DNA of 64,000 nucleotides from Synechococcus sp. (GTDB taxonomy: Bacteria; Cyanobacteriota; Cyanobacteriia; PCC-6307; Cyanobiaceae). This document shows, one piece after another, positions 43,681 through 53,906 of this stretch (positions are counted from its first letter, which is position 1; every line of letters starts with the position of its first letter). The notes under the pieces are model-generated. The model had not been told where the DNA came from, did no database searches, and was given only the letters and a program-made list of their open reading frames with translations. A program made the translations under genes and the position numbers. The stretch covers positions 1,304,203-1,368,202 of the forward strand of contig JBJBEO010000001.1 of the NCBI GenBank assembly GCA_047284725.1. Reading direction: 5' to 3'.

Positions 43681-46257
43681 TCAGGAATGAATGCGGCTGG
43701 TGCGTTCCGGACCATCAGCCCGCAAAGTGCCGCGGGTGACCCCGAGACGCTGATCAATGCGTTCCCGCTTCCAGACTGCTGCCGATGGAATCGACCCCTC
43801 CAGGGCCTGGCCGTAGAGCTGCAACCGCCGCTGCGTCGCTTCGGCATCTTCATCAAGAAGCTCAAGGCGGAAACGCCTCAGGCCGACCTTCAGCAGGTCT
43901 GGCAGCGCCTCCACACCACTCTGGGCGCGACCATTGAAAAGGGTGTTGCGGCATCCCAGATCAGCCACCAGAGGGTGTTCCACACCACTCCGATCCCGAA
44001 GACGCACCTCGTGCTGCTCGCACGGTCTGCCGCAATCGGTGTGGTCGTGCCCCTCAGACAGGAAGGCACAGAACAAACAGTGCTCCATGTGGAAAAGCGG
44101 CATGTGCTGATGCAGGGTGACCTCAAGCCAGAGCGGGTTGACCGCTGCTGCCAAATCCAGCAGCTGGACAAGATTGAGGTCGTAACTGGCAGTGAGACGA
44201 TCCAGCCCCCAACGTTCGCGATACCAGCGCAGGGTGAGGGGATTGGCGGTGTTGAGGGAGAAGTCGCCACTGCAGGGTGCCAGCGAGGTCAGGCGCTGCA
44301 ATTGATCGGCATTACGCACCAGATAGCCATCGGGCTCGGCGCGAACCAGGGGTTCCAACGTCCAGGCTTCATCGGGCCGGGTGATGCGCGGACCGGCCAG
44401 GCGCAGCCCCTCCTGCCAATGCCCTCGACCGAGCATCACGGCCTGTTTGAGCTGGCTGGGTTGCTCCAGATCAGCCACCACCCCGGCAATCCAGTCGGGT
44501 CGATCAAGGTCGATCAACGCCTCAAGTTGTTCCAGACTGCGCACCAACACCTGCAATTGAGGTGGGCTGGACTCCGGGCTGGATGAATACTTGGACTCGG
44601 CAAAGGTCAGACACCGCGTCAGGATTGAGGGGATGCTCTCAGCACTGACGGCTGTGTTCGGCAAGGCAGGGGCCTCAACCGGCTGAGGCGTGATCCCGGC
44701 CTGACCCATGGCATCAAGAAGCGAGCGGCGGAGTCGGTTGAGTTCAGCGACTGGCAGAAACAATCCGTCGGCCAGATCGAGGTCCAAGGGCTCCAGCCGC
44801 CAGCCGGTACCCCCCAGTCGGCCCAGCTGAGCCTCGAGCCGGCTTCGGTCGAGGCCGTGGTCACGGGCTGCCTCCAGCAACCCCTGACTGTGCACGACCA
44901 GCGAGGCCACCGCCTCTGGTCGAGGCGCGATCAATTCCAGCTGCAGTGGTGCACCGAGGCTGCCGACAACCCGCAGATGCAATGGATGAAGTTGCGGATC
45001 CGTTCTGCGGTCTGCCTCTCGTTGCCAGGTGCGTTGCCAACGGGGATCGCCGGTGAGCCAGACCGTGGCCCCAGGCTCCAGTCCGCGCAGGCTGATACGA
45101 CCTGGCCCCAGTCGGATTCGGTAGCGATGCTGCGACAGGTGCTCCACCTGCATGATCCGCCCTCCGATCTCCCGGGGAGGCAGGAGCGGATCGGTTCCAG
45201 GGGCAGCCTTGGCCTCAATCACCACACCCTGACCGCACTCCAGTGGCTCATCAGTGCGCAACGTGAGCCACCCCTTGCTGTCACAGCGCTCCAGACAACC
45301 CACCACAGGCCCTCTTTTTTTGCTCCAACGTCCGTGCACCAGCCGCCTGTGGTTCACCCCCTCCAGCCAACCGCTTGAGAGCCCGCGGGAGAAACCCATC
45401 TCGAGTTGACGCCGCATCGCTTCAGGGTCCGTCACCAAGCCATCGATCTGTTGCCGATAGGCCTGCGTCACCGCTGCCACGTACGTCGCATCCTTGAGAC
45501 GACCCTCGATCTTGAAACTGCTGATGCCGAGATCCGCAAGGGCAGGGACCTGCATCCAGGCCGACAGATCCTGGGGTGAAAGCAGATAGCGCTGATCATC
45601 GAGATCGAGGGGCTCCCCATCGACCACGAGCTGATAGGGCAGGCGACAGGCCTGAGCACATTCACCGCGGTTGGCACTGCGTTGCCCCAGGGATTCACTG
45701 GTGAGGCACTGGCCGGAATAGGCCACGCACAGAGCGCCATGCACAAACACCTCGAGGGGCATCGCCAGGCCCCGCTGGTGCAGTTGTCCCTGCAGACGCT
45801 TGAGGTCCTTGAGCGCAAGCTCCCTGGCCAGGACCACCCGTTCACAGCCGGCATCAGCGGCCTGGGCTACCCCAGCAGCACTGGTGATCGACATCTGGGT
45901 CGAGGCGTGAAGTGCCAATGCCGGCACCAGCTCCCTGGCCAGAAGACAAAGTCCGAGGTCCTGCACGATCAAGGCATCCACACCAGCACGATCAGCAGCC
46001 AGCAGGAGCTCTGCCGCACGGCTGAGTTCGTCGGTGAACACCAGCACATTGAAGGTGAGAAATCCCTTCACTCCCCTGGCGTGAAGCCAGGCCATGATCT
46101 TGCTGAGCTCTCCGAGCTGGAAGTTTTCGGCTCGCAGTCTGGCGTTGAAGGCCTCAACACCGAAGTAAACGGCATCCGCACCCTGGGAGACAGCAGCCCT
46201 GAGAGCGGCCCAGTCACCAGCTGGTGCCAGCAATTCCGGCGCATCGGGGCAGATCAA
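43681..46257 (-). CDS. Large peptidase-U32 family protein (RlhA-like Fe-S hydroxylase with DUF3656-like region)
   Basis: PELLAPAG, GADAVY, HASTQ, EVFVHGALC..YSGQC....RSANRGECAQACR, FKIEGR. Second Cys cluster near the C-terminus. Confidence 0.85.
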   Translation of the reverse strand: MICPDAPELLAPAGDWAALRAAVSQGADAVYFGVEAFNARLRAENFQLGELSKIMAWLHARGVKGFLTFNVLVFTDELSRAAELLLAADRAGVDALIVQDLGLCLLARELVPALALHASTQMSITSAAGVAQAADAGCERVVLARELALKDLKRLQGQLHQRGLAMPLEVFVHGALCVAYSGQCLTSESLGQRSANRGECAQACRLPYQLVVDGEPLDLDDQRYLLSPQDLSAWMQVPALADLGISSFKIEGRLKDATYVAAVTQAYRQQIDGLVTDPEAMRRQLEMGFSRGLSSGWLEGVNHRRLVHGRWSKKRGPVVGCLERCDSKGWLTLRTDEPLECGQGVVIEAKAAPGTDPLLPPREIGGRIMQVEHLSQHRYRIRLGPGRISLRGLEPGATVWLTGDPRWQRTWQREADRRTDPQLHPLHLRVVGSLGAPLQLELIAPRPEAVASLVVHSQGLLEAARDHGLDRSRLEAQLGRLGGTGWRLEPLDLDLADGLFLPVAELNRLRRSLLDAMGQAGITPQPVEAPALPNTAVSAESIPSILTRCLTFAESKYSSSPESSPPQLQVLVRSLEQLEALIDLDRPDWIAGVVADLEQPSQLKQAVMLGRGHWQEGLRLAGPRITRPDEAWTLEPLVRAEPDGYLVRNADQLQRLTSLAPCSGDFSLNTANPLTLRWYRERWGLDRLTASYDLNLVQLLDLAAAVNPLWLEVTLHQHMPLFHMEHCLFCAFLSEGHDHTDCGRPCEQHEVRLRDRSGVEHPLVADLGCRNTLFNGRAQSGVEALPDLLKVGLRRFRLELLDEDAEATQRRLQLYGQALEGSIPSAAVWKRERIDQRLGVTRGTLRADGPERTSRIHS

Positions 46258-47012
46258 CGTGTCTGGGCCAGACGCCTGGCCGGCTCAAACTGCCTGAGGG
46301 CCTGCGCGGAGCCCTCAAAGCGCCAATGCCAGGGTTCGTAGCTCACTCCCTGGGGATTGCCCCGGGGGAACGACAACGTGAAGTGATAGCTGGCAGCGTG
46401 ATCCTGAAGCCAACGGAACGCAGGGGACAGCTCAAAGGACCGGGAAAGGTTGGTGGAGGAATCGTCCCCATCACCAAGGTCGACGGCCAAACCGGTGCTG
46501 TGCTCCGAATACCCAGGAGGAGCACTCACCTTGGCCCTCTCACTGGCCGTTTGGTTGCGCTCTGATTTCACATCAAAAAAGATGCCCTTCTGCAAAGCCT
46601 GGGATCGGTAGCCACTCAACAAACGCAGATCAATGCCGTCCGCAGCAGCAGCTCTCTGCATCGACTGCAACGCCTCAGCGGCGTCGACATGGAGCTGCAA
46701 GCCAGGAGAGACCTGGACCAACTCAAAGGCCTGCGCCTCGTCGTATGGGAAGTGACCCAGCAGTCGACCATCCAACGACGGACTCTCTTCAATGCCCTCA
46801 ACGGCGCGACCTGTTGTGGAAAACCTCGCCATGAGGGCAGGACCGAACATCACAACGGCCAGCGCCCCACTGAACACGAAGGCACAGACGAGCAACAGAC
46901 CCAACCCTCCACGTCGCCGACGCTGAGATGGACGGGAACGACGCGCCACGGGAATGTCGTCCCTGCTGACGCGCTCCCTGCGGGCGCGACGGGGGGCGAC
47001 AGCTCGGACCAA
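46254..47012 (-). CDS. D-Ala-D-Ala carboxypeptidase, M15B (VanY-like), membrane anchored
   Basis: Basic N-terminus plus TM, SGYRS, APPGYSEHSTGLAVD, YEPWHWRF. The upstream part of the 556-aa ORF is chlP antisense. Start uncertain. Confidence 0.88.
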   Translation of the reverse strand: MVRAVAPRRARRERVSRDDIPVARRSRPSQRRRRGGLGLLLVCAFVFSGALAVVMFGPALMARFSTTGRAVEGIEESPSLDGRLLGHFPYDEAQAFELVQVSPGLQLHVDAAEALQSMQRAAAADGIDLRLLSGYRSQALQKGIFFDVKSERNQTASERAKVSAPPGYSEHSTGLAVDLGDGDDSSTNLSRSFELSPAFRWLQDHAASYHFTLSFPRGNPQGVSYEPWHWRFEGSAQALRQFEPARRLAQTR

Positions 47013-47123
47013 AATGATGTTGCAGTGTTGTGACGATCCTAAGGGGGGGCGCCAGGGGTTTACCACGGCCGATAGCCCAGTGGTGGTAGCTTCTCGGAAA
47101 CGATCCAGCGGAGTAGGGCTGAG

Positions 47124-48473
47124 ATGCTGCGAGTTGCCGTCGTCGGTGGTGGTCCTAGTGGATCTTGTGCTGCCGAAATTCTTGCCAAGGCAGGCATTCA
47201 GACCTGGTTGTTTGAGCGCAAGCTGGATAACGCCAAACCCTGCGGGGGCGCCATCCCCCTCTGCATGGTCGAGGAATTCGACCTGCCGGATTCGATCATC
47301 GACCGGAAAGTCCGGAACATGAAGATGATCTCCCCCTCCAATCGGGAGGTGGACATCAAGCTTGATCCTCTCGGCTACGACGACAACGCCTACATCGGCA
47401 TGTGTCGCCGTGAGGTCTTCGATGCGTTCCTTCGCAACCGTGCTGCTGACCTGGGCACCACGCTGGTGAATGGATTGGTTCAGAAGATCGACACCGGCAG
47501 CAATCGCCAGGGTCCCTACATCCTTCACTACGCCGACTACAGCGGAGGTGGCCCCACCGGTGAGCAGAAGACACTGGAGGTGGATCTGATCATTGGTGCG
47601 GATGGTGCCAACTCCCGCGTCGCCAAAGCCATGGACGCTGGTGACTACAACGTGGCCATCGCCTTCCAGGAGCGCATCAAGCTTCCTGCTGAAGAGATGA
47701 CCTACTACGAAGATCTGGCGGAGATGTACGTGGGCACCGATGTGTCTCCAGATTTCTACGCCTGGGTGTTCCCCAAATATGACCACGTGGCCGTGGGAAC
47801 CGGCACCATGCAGCAGAACCAGTCGCTGATCAAGGGCCTTCAGAGGGGTATTCGTGAGCGGGCAAGCAAGCGTCTGTTCAAAGGTGAAGTCATCAAGGTT
47901 GAGGCCCACCCCATTCCTGAACATCCCCGCCCCCGCCGGGTGGTGGGTCGCATGGCCCTCGTGGGTGATGCCGCTGGTTACGTCACCAAGAGCTCCGGCG
48001 AAGGGATCTACTTCGCCGCCAAGAGCGGACGCATGTGCGCTGAGGCCATCGTTGAGATCTCCAATCGGGGGCAGCGCATCCCCACCGAAAAGGCGATCAA
48101 ATCGACCTATCTGAAGCGATGGGACAAGAAGTACGGAGCAACCTATGCGGTTCTCGACATCCTTCAGCGGATCTTCTATCGCAACGATGCCGCTCGCGAA
48201 GCATTCGTTGAGATGTGCGATGACATGGACGTCCAGAAACTGACGTTTGACAGCTACCTCTACAAGCGGGTGGTGATGATGAATCCCTGGCAGCAGATCA
48301 AGCTCACCCTTCGCACCCTTGGCAGTCTGATTCGAGGTGAAGCCCTGGCACCGTCCCAGTACGGTCCAGTGCCATCAGCCGTGGGGCGTTCGGACGGCGA
48401 TTTTCTCGCTCAGGAAGCTGCCGAGCGAATCAAGGCACAAACGAAGAGCAAAGAAACCGTTGATGTGAGCTGA
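47124..48473 (+). CDS. chlP: Geranylgeranyl reductase
   Basis: VAVVGGGPSG, AKPCGGAIPLC, GADGANSRVA, GDAAGYVTK.SGEGIYFA. Confidence 0.97.
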   Translation: MLRVAVVGGGPSGSCAAEILAKAGIQTWLFERKLDNAKPCGGAIPLCMVEEFDLPDSIIDRKVRNMKMISPSNREVDIKLDPLGYDDNAYIGMCRREVFDAFLRNRAADLGTTLVNGLVQKIDTGSNRQGPYILHYADYSGGGPTGEQKTLEVDLIIGADGANSRVAKAMDAGDYNVAIAFQERIKLPAEEMTYYEDLAEMYVGTDVSPDFYAWVFPKYDHVAVGTGTMQQNQSLIKGLQRGIRERASKRLFKGEVIKVEAHPIPEHPRPRRVVGRMALVGDAAGYVTKSSGEGIYFAAKSGRMCAEAIVEISNRGQRIPTEKAIKSTYLKRWDKKYGATYAVLDILQRIFYRNDAAREAFVEMCDDMDVQKLTFDSYLYKRVVMMNPWQQIKLTLRTLGSLIRGEALAPSQYGPVPSAVGRSDGDFLAQEAAERIKAQTKSKETVDVS

Positions 48474-48512
48474 TCACCCAGCTCACCCTCGTGGCATCAC
48501 CAGAAGCTGGAG

Positions 48513-48749
48513 TCAAGGCGTTGATTCCAGCTTTTTTTGTGCCGCCTCGCGGAGCCTTTCAACCCCTTCCTGGATTTTGGCCCCAGGAGCGGTTTCCTTT
48601 CGCGTCGTCGACCAAACATTGATGCTGTAGACCGCGGCAGCAGCAACAATCAGCGCCGCAAGCACAAGACTGATCCCATTGCCTCCCTGACGAATCACAA
48701 CCGGTTGCTGAAGATTTCCTCCATTGGTCTGACCGGAAGGATTACTCAT
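48513..48749 (-). CDS. Small single-TM hypothetical protein
   Basis: One hydrophobic helix (ISLVLAALIVAAAAVYSI) and a charged tail. Lies downstream of glyS. Confidence 0.6.
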   Translation of the reverse strand: MSNPSGQTNGGNLQQPVVIRQGGNGISLVLAALIVAAAAVYSINVWSTTRKETAPGAKIQEGVERLREAAQKKLESTP

Positions 48750-48799
48750 GCTCAAACTCCACTCACAGCATCTCCATAGCCAGAGCAGTCAGCACACAC

Positions 48800-50959
48800 T
48801 CAAGACTGAATCAGTTCGAAACGGGCCAGTTGGGAGGCTTGATTGCGCAGGACGCCAAGAAGATTGAGCCGGTTTTGGCGCAATTGAGGATCCTCGGCCA
48901 TCACCATCACGCTGTTGTCGCCGTCGAAAAAGGCTTCCAGGACAGGGGTTGCTTCCACCAAGGCATCCGCCAAGGCCTGGTAGTCACGACCGGCCGCCAA
49001 AGGATGTAATTGTTCAATCACGGCCAGCATGGCCGTCTCACTGGATGATTCAAATCGTGTCGGATCAACCACCGCACCCGGATCCAGACAGAAGCGATCC
49101 AATGCACCCTTTTCTGCCAGACGCGCCGCGCGCTGCACAACCGCCTGAACAGCGGACAGCCGGTTCTGATCGCGCAATTGGCTGAGAAGACGAATGCGCT
49201 CCAGGACGTCCAAGGGATCACCAAGCAGTTGTTGATCCGACAGAGACTCACCGGCCACTGCCTGAACCAGATCGGCGGAGTGGCCATCATCTTCAAGCTG
49301 AGACTGCACGCGCTGACGCAGCAACGTCACCAGATCAGAGGCCAGAACCGAAGCCTCCACACCGAAGTCTGGGAAACGCCGTTGCCAGCTCTCGGATGCC
49401 TCTGACAACAGCGCCATGATGTCAAGCCGCCAGCCACGATCCCAGAGAATCTGCAGCACACCATTGCCGGCACGGCGAAGGGCATAGGGGTCAGAGGAGC
49501 CCGTGGGCCGCTCGCCCTTGGCGAAAATGCTCAACAGCAATTCCAGCCGTTCAGCCAAAGCGACCACCGCTCCGGCATCGCTCTGGGGTAACGCATCACC
49601 AGCTCCTCGGGGGAGGTAATGCTCCACCACCGCTTGGGCCACCTCGCGGCTTTCACCTTCTTGAAGCAGGTACTTGCCGCCCATCAGACCCTGCAATTCC
49701 GGGAACTCACCGACCATCTGGCTGACGAGGTCGTTCTTGCAGAAGTGAGCAGCCCGCTGCGCGGCTGCCGCAGTGGAGTCAGGAAGCTCCAGGGCAGACA
49801 CAAGTGTGCAGGTAAGCTCTTCGATGCGCGCGCTGCGATTGAGCAAGCTGCCGAGACCGGAAGCAAAGGTGACGCGGTCGAGGGACTCACGGCGCTCACC
49901 ACTGGGCTGCTTACGGTCCACTGTCAGAAAGAATTCGGCATCCGCCAGGCGGGCGCTCAACACCCGCTCATTGCCCCGACGAATCTGATCGTCCGCAGCG
50001 GCAAGCCCATTACCCACCAGCAGAAATTCGGGGTGCAGCACGTCTCTGGCGCCGAGCCGGAGCGGATCGTGATCGACACCTGGACGACGCAGCGGCACAT
50101 AACGCTGGTGCGATTGCATCACCGTGACGATCACTTCAGGGGGCAGGTCAAGAAAGCGATCAGCAATGTTTCCCTGGAGTACACGAGGATCTTCCACCAG
50201 ATCCACCAGCTCCTCAAACAACCCCGTCGGACAGTCCAGTTCTCCGCCAACGTCAGCGGCTCTGGACTCGAGAGCCAATCGAATCTGCTCCGCACGTTTG
50301 GCTCGATCAGCCTGAACGCCTGCTGAAGCCAGGGCCTCGAAATACGCATCAGCGGTCTTCAACGCAACGCTGTGGTTGCGCAGGCGATGGGCGCGGGTCT
50401 GGCGACCGCTGTGAACCACAGGCTCACTGGCCTTCAGGCTGACAGGAACAACAGCATCACCCAGGAGTGCCACCAGCCAACGCACAGGACGACTGAAGCG
50501 CTGCTCTCCATCGCCCCATCGCATGAAACGCCTGCCCTGAAGTGCATCAATCCAGGCTGGGATGGCCGTCTGAAGAAGCTGCACAGTCGACTGCCCCTTC
50601 ACCTGCACAGTGGCGAACACGCAATCACCTTTGGGCGTGGAACGCACTTCGAGCAGCGACGGATCAACGCCGCACCGCTTGGCAAAGCCGATGGCAGCAG
50701 GTCCTGGTTGGCCATCAACGAAGGCTTGCTTGACCGGAGGTCCCTTGCGTTCTTCGTGGAGATCCTCCTGGCCATCAGCCAGGTTGTTGACCAGAACGGC
50801 AAGACGACGGGGTGTGCTGCTGACGACGACAGCGCCATGCTGCAGACGCCACTCACGGAGGTCGCGCTGGACACGCTGCTGTAACTGGGGAAGGGCCAGG
50901 CGCGCAAAGTCAGCAGGAAGTTCTTCCGTACCGATCTCGAGCAGGAAGGTTGAGGCCAC
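48800..50959 (-). CDS. glyS: Glycine--tRNA ligase beta subunit
   Basis: FLLEIGTEELP, TPRRLA, MRWG, MVGEFPELQG.MG, PTGSSDPYALRR, NRLNLL. Confidence 0.97.
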   Translation of the reverse strand: MASTFLLEIGTEELPADFARLALPQLQQRVQRDLREWRLQHGAVVVSSTPRRLAVLVNNLADGQEDLHEERKGPPVKQAFVDGQPGPAAIGFAKRCGVDPSLLEVRSTPKGDCVFATVQVKGQSTVQLLQTAIPAWIDALQGRRFMRWGDGEQRFSRPVRWLVALLGDAVVPVSLKASEPVVHSGRQTRAHRLRNHSVALKTADAYFEALASAGVQADRAKRAEQIRLALESRAADVGGELDCPTGLFEELVDLVEDPRVLQGNIADRFLDLPPEVIVTVMQSHQRYVPLRRPGVDHDPLRLGARDVLHPEFLLVGNGLAAADDQIRRGNERVLSARLADAEFFLTVDRKQPSGERRESLDRVTFASGLGSLLNRSARIEELTCTLVSALELPDSTAAAAQRAAHFCKNDLVSQMVGEFPELQGLMGGKYLLQEGESREVAQAVVEHYLPRGAGDALPQSDAGAVVALAERLELLLSIFAKGERPTGSSDPYALRRAGNGVLQILWDRGWRLDIMALLSEASESWQRRFPDFGVEASVLASDLVTLLRQRVQSQLEDDGHSADLVQAVAGESLSDQQLLGDPLDVLERIRLLSQLRDQNRLSAVQAVVQRAARLAEKGALDRFCLDPGAVVDPTRFESSSETAMLAVIEQLHPLAAGRDYQALADALVEATPVLEAFFDGDNSVMVMAEDPQLRQNRLNLLGVLRNQASQLARFELIQS

Positions 50960-51020
50960 ACCAGTCGGCTCGACAAGCTATTGACTGTATTGGAAGCCGC
51001 TTCGCTAACTTCGAGGTCAC

Positions 51021-52817
51021 GTGAATGGTGTGCCTGTGAGACAGACCAGTGTCGACGCCTCAACAAGCTCCCGAGGCGCAGGCAATCGGTCGATCGATGA
51101 TGCTGCGCCGCTGCCCAAGGCTGAGCAGCGCAAACGCGACAGCGATTTTCTCAAGGAACCTCTGCTCACGGAGCTGGCAAACGACCAGCCGAATTTCAGT
51201 GAGGATGCTCTCCAGATCCTCAAGTTCCACGGCAGCTATCAACAGGACGACAGGGATAAGCGGGAAAAAGGTCGTGATAAGCAGTGGCAGATGATGCTGC
51301 GCCTGCGCAGCCCGGCAGGACGCATTCCCACCGGCCTGTTTCTGGCCATGGATGAACTGGCTGACCGCCTCGGAGACGGAACGCTGCGTGTCACCACCCG
51401 ACAGGCCTTCCAGATGCATGGCGTCGCGAAAGCGGATCTGAAGGAGGTCATCGGCACGATCATTCGCAACCTGGGCTCCACCCTTGCCGCCTGCGGAGAC
51501 ATCAACCGCAACGTGATGGCCCCTGCCGCTCCGTTCGATAAGGGCGGTTATCCAGCCGCCCGTCAACTGGCTGATGACATCGCCGATCTGCTCAGTCCCG
51601 AAACAGCTGAAGGGTCGTATCTCGACCTCTGGGTTGACGGTGATCTCAGCTACCGGATCAAAACCAAGCGCAAAGTGAAAGCAGCGCGAAAGCGTCAACT
51701 GGAAGGTGGCGTCTTTTCCGGTGATGAACGGGAACCGCTCTACAGCGACACCTATTTACCCCGGAAATTCAAGGTCGGGGTGACGGTGCCTGGTGACAAT
51801 TCGATCGACTTGCTCACCCAGGACATTGGGCTGGTGGTCTTCACCGATGTCAGCGGTGACCTTCGCGGTTGCAATGTGTATGTCGGTGGTGGCATGGGAC
51901 GAACCCACAACAAGGACGAGACGTTCGCCCGCATTGCTGATCCCCTCGGATTCGTTCCCGCTGATCAGGTGTTCGACCTGGTCCAGTCCGTTCTCGCCCT
52001 CCAACGCGATCACGGTGACCGGAAACTGCGACGGCATGCCCGCATGAAGTATCTCCTGCATGACAAGGGCATTCGTTGGTTCCGTGATGAACTCACCAGT
52101 CGTTACTTCAAGGGGGACTTGAAACCCCTGCGCAACGAGCCCAAAGCGAAGCTGCACGATTACCTCGGCTGGCATCGGCATCGTGCAGGCATGTGGTTTG
52201 TGGGTTTGCCCCTCCTGTGCGGACGCCTCTCCGGCGACTTCAAAAAGGGGCTGCGCAAGATCGTGGAGACCTATCAGTTGGAGATTCGTCTCACTCCCAA
52301 CCAAGATCTGCTGCTCTGCAACATCGGCACTCCACAGCGAGCCTCGATTCGGGCAGCTCTGAAAGAACTCGGCATCGAGACACCCGAGATGCCGGCTCCC
52401 CTGGCTCGTCATGCCATCGCCTGCCCGGCCTTACCCACCTGTGGCCTTGCGATCACCGAATCGGAACGCATCTTGCCCAACGTGCTCGAGCGCCTCGACA
52501 GCCAACTGCAACGACTCGAGATCGACAAGCCCGTGCTTGTGAGGATGACAGGCTGCCCCAACGGATGTGCCCGCCCTTACATGGCGGAGCTGGCCCTGGT
52601 TGGCAGTGGCGTGAACCAGTACCAGCTCTGGCTGGGAGGGAGTGCCAATCTGCAACGACTTGGTGAACCCTATCTGCAGAAGATGCCGCTCGACGACCTG
52701 GAAACCACCCTTGAGCCTCTGCTGGTGAGCTGGAAGGAGGCAGGGGGACGCCGCACCCTTGGCGACCATGTGCACAAACTCGGGGCTCAGGCCGTCAGCG
52801 AACTGTTGAAGGCCTGA
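51021..52817 (+). CDS. sir: Ferredoxin-dependent assimilatory sulfite reductase
   Basis: LKFHGSYQQDDRD, TTRQAFQ.HG, ACGDINRN, YLPRKFK, CPALPTC and GCPNGCARP siroheme/4Fe-4S ligands. Confidence 0.95.
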   Translation: MNGVPVRQTSVDASTSSRGAGNRSIDDAAPLPKAEQRKRDSDFLKEPLLTELANDQPNFSEDALQILKFHGSYQQDDRDKREKGRDKQWQMMLRLRSPAGRIPTGLFLAMDELADRLGDGTLRVTTRQAFQMHGVAKADLKEVIGTIIRNLGSTLAACGDINRNVMAPAAPFDKGGYPAARQLADDIADLLSPETAEGSYLDLWVDGDLSYRIKTKRKVKAARKRQLEGGVFSGDEREPLYSDTYLPRKFKVGVTVPGDNSIDLLTQDIGLVVFTDVSGDLRGCNVYVGGGMGRTHNKDETFARIADPLGFVPADQVFDLVQSVLALQRDHGDRKLRRHARMKYLLHDKGIRWFRDELTSRYFKGDLKPLRNEPKAKLHDYLGWHRHRAGMWFVGLPLLCGRLSGDFKKGLRKIVETYQLEIRLTPNQDLLLCNIGTPQRASIRAALKELGIETPEMPAPLARHAIACPALPTCGLAITESERILPNVLERLDSQLQRLEIDKPVLVRMTGCPNGCARPYMAELALVGSGVNQYQLWLGGSANLQRLGEPYLQKMPLDDLETTLEPLLVSWKEAGGRRTLGDHVHKLGAQAVSELLKA

Positions 52818-53533
52818 TCACTGCGTCCGTAAATCGCCCTCTGTTGGCCGGATCGCCAGGCCCAGAGCTGGTCCCCATAACTGAAGTGCCACCACTCATT
52901 GGGGTGGCAGACCAACCCTTCCGCACCAAGAACGGAAGCGAGAAGTGTGCGTCTTTGGTGAAAGCGCCGAGCGTTGTGATCCAGGCCTTTCAAGGCGGCA
53001 TCGGCGTAGTAGTCGGGATCCGAGACGGCACCGATGGCGTCGATCTCGCCACCCATGTCGAGCAGGATGTGATCGTCACTGCAGAGCGTGAGGTCCACAG
53101 CTGCACCGGTGCTGTGGGGTGGTGGTGTCGCCGCATCGGCACTGGGCGGTGCCCAGAAACGACCGACGCGTCGTCTCACATCGGCAAGGGCCTCCGCTGC
53201 AAGGGGATCGGAGGCGGCAGCGTTGGGGTCAAGTCCCTCAAGAGCGCACTGGTCGGCCACAGCACGTTCCACCATGAAGGCTTGAACCTTGATCGGGCGC
53301 CAGGCATCGAAGATCGCGAAGCGCAGATTGGGGTCGATCCTGCGCAGTCGATTCTCGGCGCGCTGCAGGCGGAGACGCACCCCCTGTCTCAGCACAAAGG
53401 GATCAGCACCTGGCCCGTAAGGCGCGCCCAGCGACTGGTACGGATGCGGTCGCAGGCAGAAAAGGTGCGGCTGAAGTGCTTCGAGGGGCTCTCCGCACTC
53501 ATGGATCGGACGATCACTCCACGGTCTCAACAC
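52787..53533 (-). CDS. D-Ala-D-Ala dipeptidase-like, M15D (VanX/DdpX family)
   Basis: FDAWRP..VQ, PPHSTGAAVDLTL, LDMG, NEWWHFSYGD. Start uncertain. Confidence 0.88.
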   Translation of the reverse strand: MLRPWSDRPIHECGEPLEALQPHLFCLRPHPYQSLGAPYGPGADPFVLRQGVRLRLQRAENRLRRIDPNLRFAIFDAWRPIKVQAFMVERAVADQCALEGLDPNAAASDPLAAEALADVRRRVGRFWAPPSADAATPPPHSTGAAVDLTLCSDDHILLDMGGEIDAIGAVSDPDYYADAALKGLDHNARRFHQRRTLLASVLGAEGLVCHPNEWWHFSYGDQLWAWRSGQQRAIYGRSDQAFNSSLTA

Positions 53534-53906
53534 AGAGGGCAACACCAATGCATCCAGAGTCGCAGACGCCAACACATGGGATCCATTTCCACAACTGAAC
53601 ACCGATTTTCCCCAGACGGCGTCTCACCCGGTCCAACCCAGCCTCAACGGCAAAAAGAAAATCGCCCTTAACCAACGGGTCATCCAAGAACCATTAAAAA
53701 AAGCTTGCGATCGAGGAAGACTCAACCTGCACAGCAGGAAACAAGCCCTGCACCGCAGGCCGTAACAGGCCATGACAGAACGACGGAATCACAGCAAGAC
53801 CAACCGCTCAACCAACCCGCCCTTGATAAGCAATTCCTGAAGACGAGCCCCGACCGGAACCAGCCGAGACTCAGCCTGGACTCATGCCTGTGGAAAAAAC
53901 GACGCA

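Noticed and set aside
47013..47924. Apparent 300-aa N-terminal extension of the VanY-like ORF (556 aa in the track)
   Set aside because: It is mostly the antisense of chlP. The real protein starts near the basic/TM segment at about 47012.
46254..53533. VanY-like and VanX-like genes as a glycopeptide-resistance cluster
   Set aside because: There is no vanA/vanH/vanRS, the genes are separated by housekeeping genes, and M15 peptidases are normal wall-metabolism enzymes.
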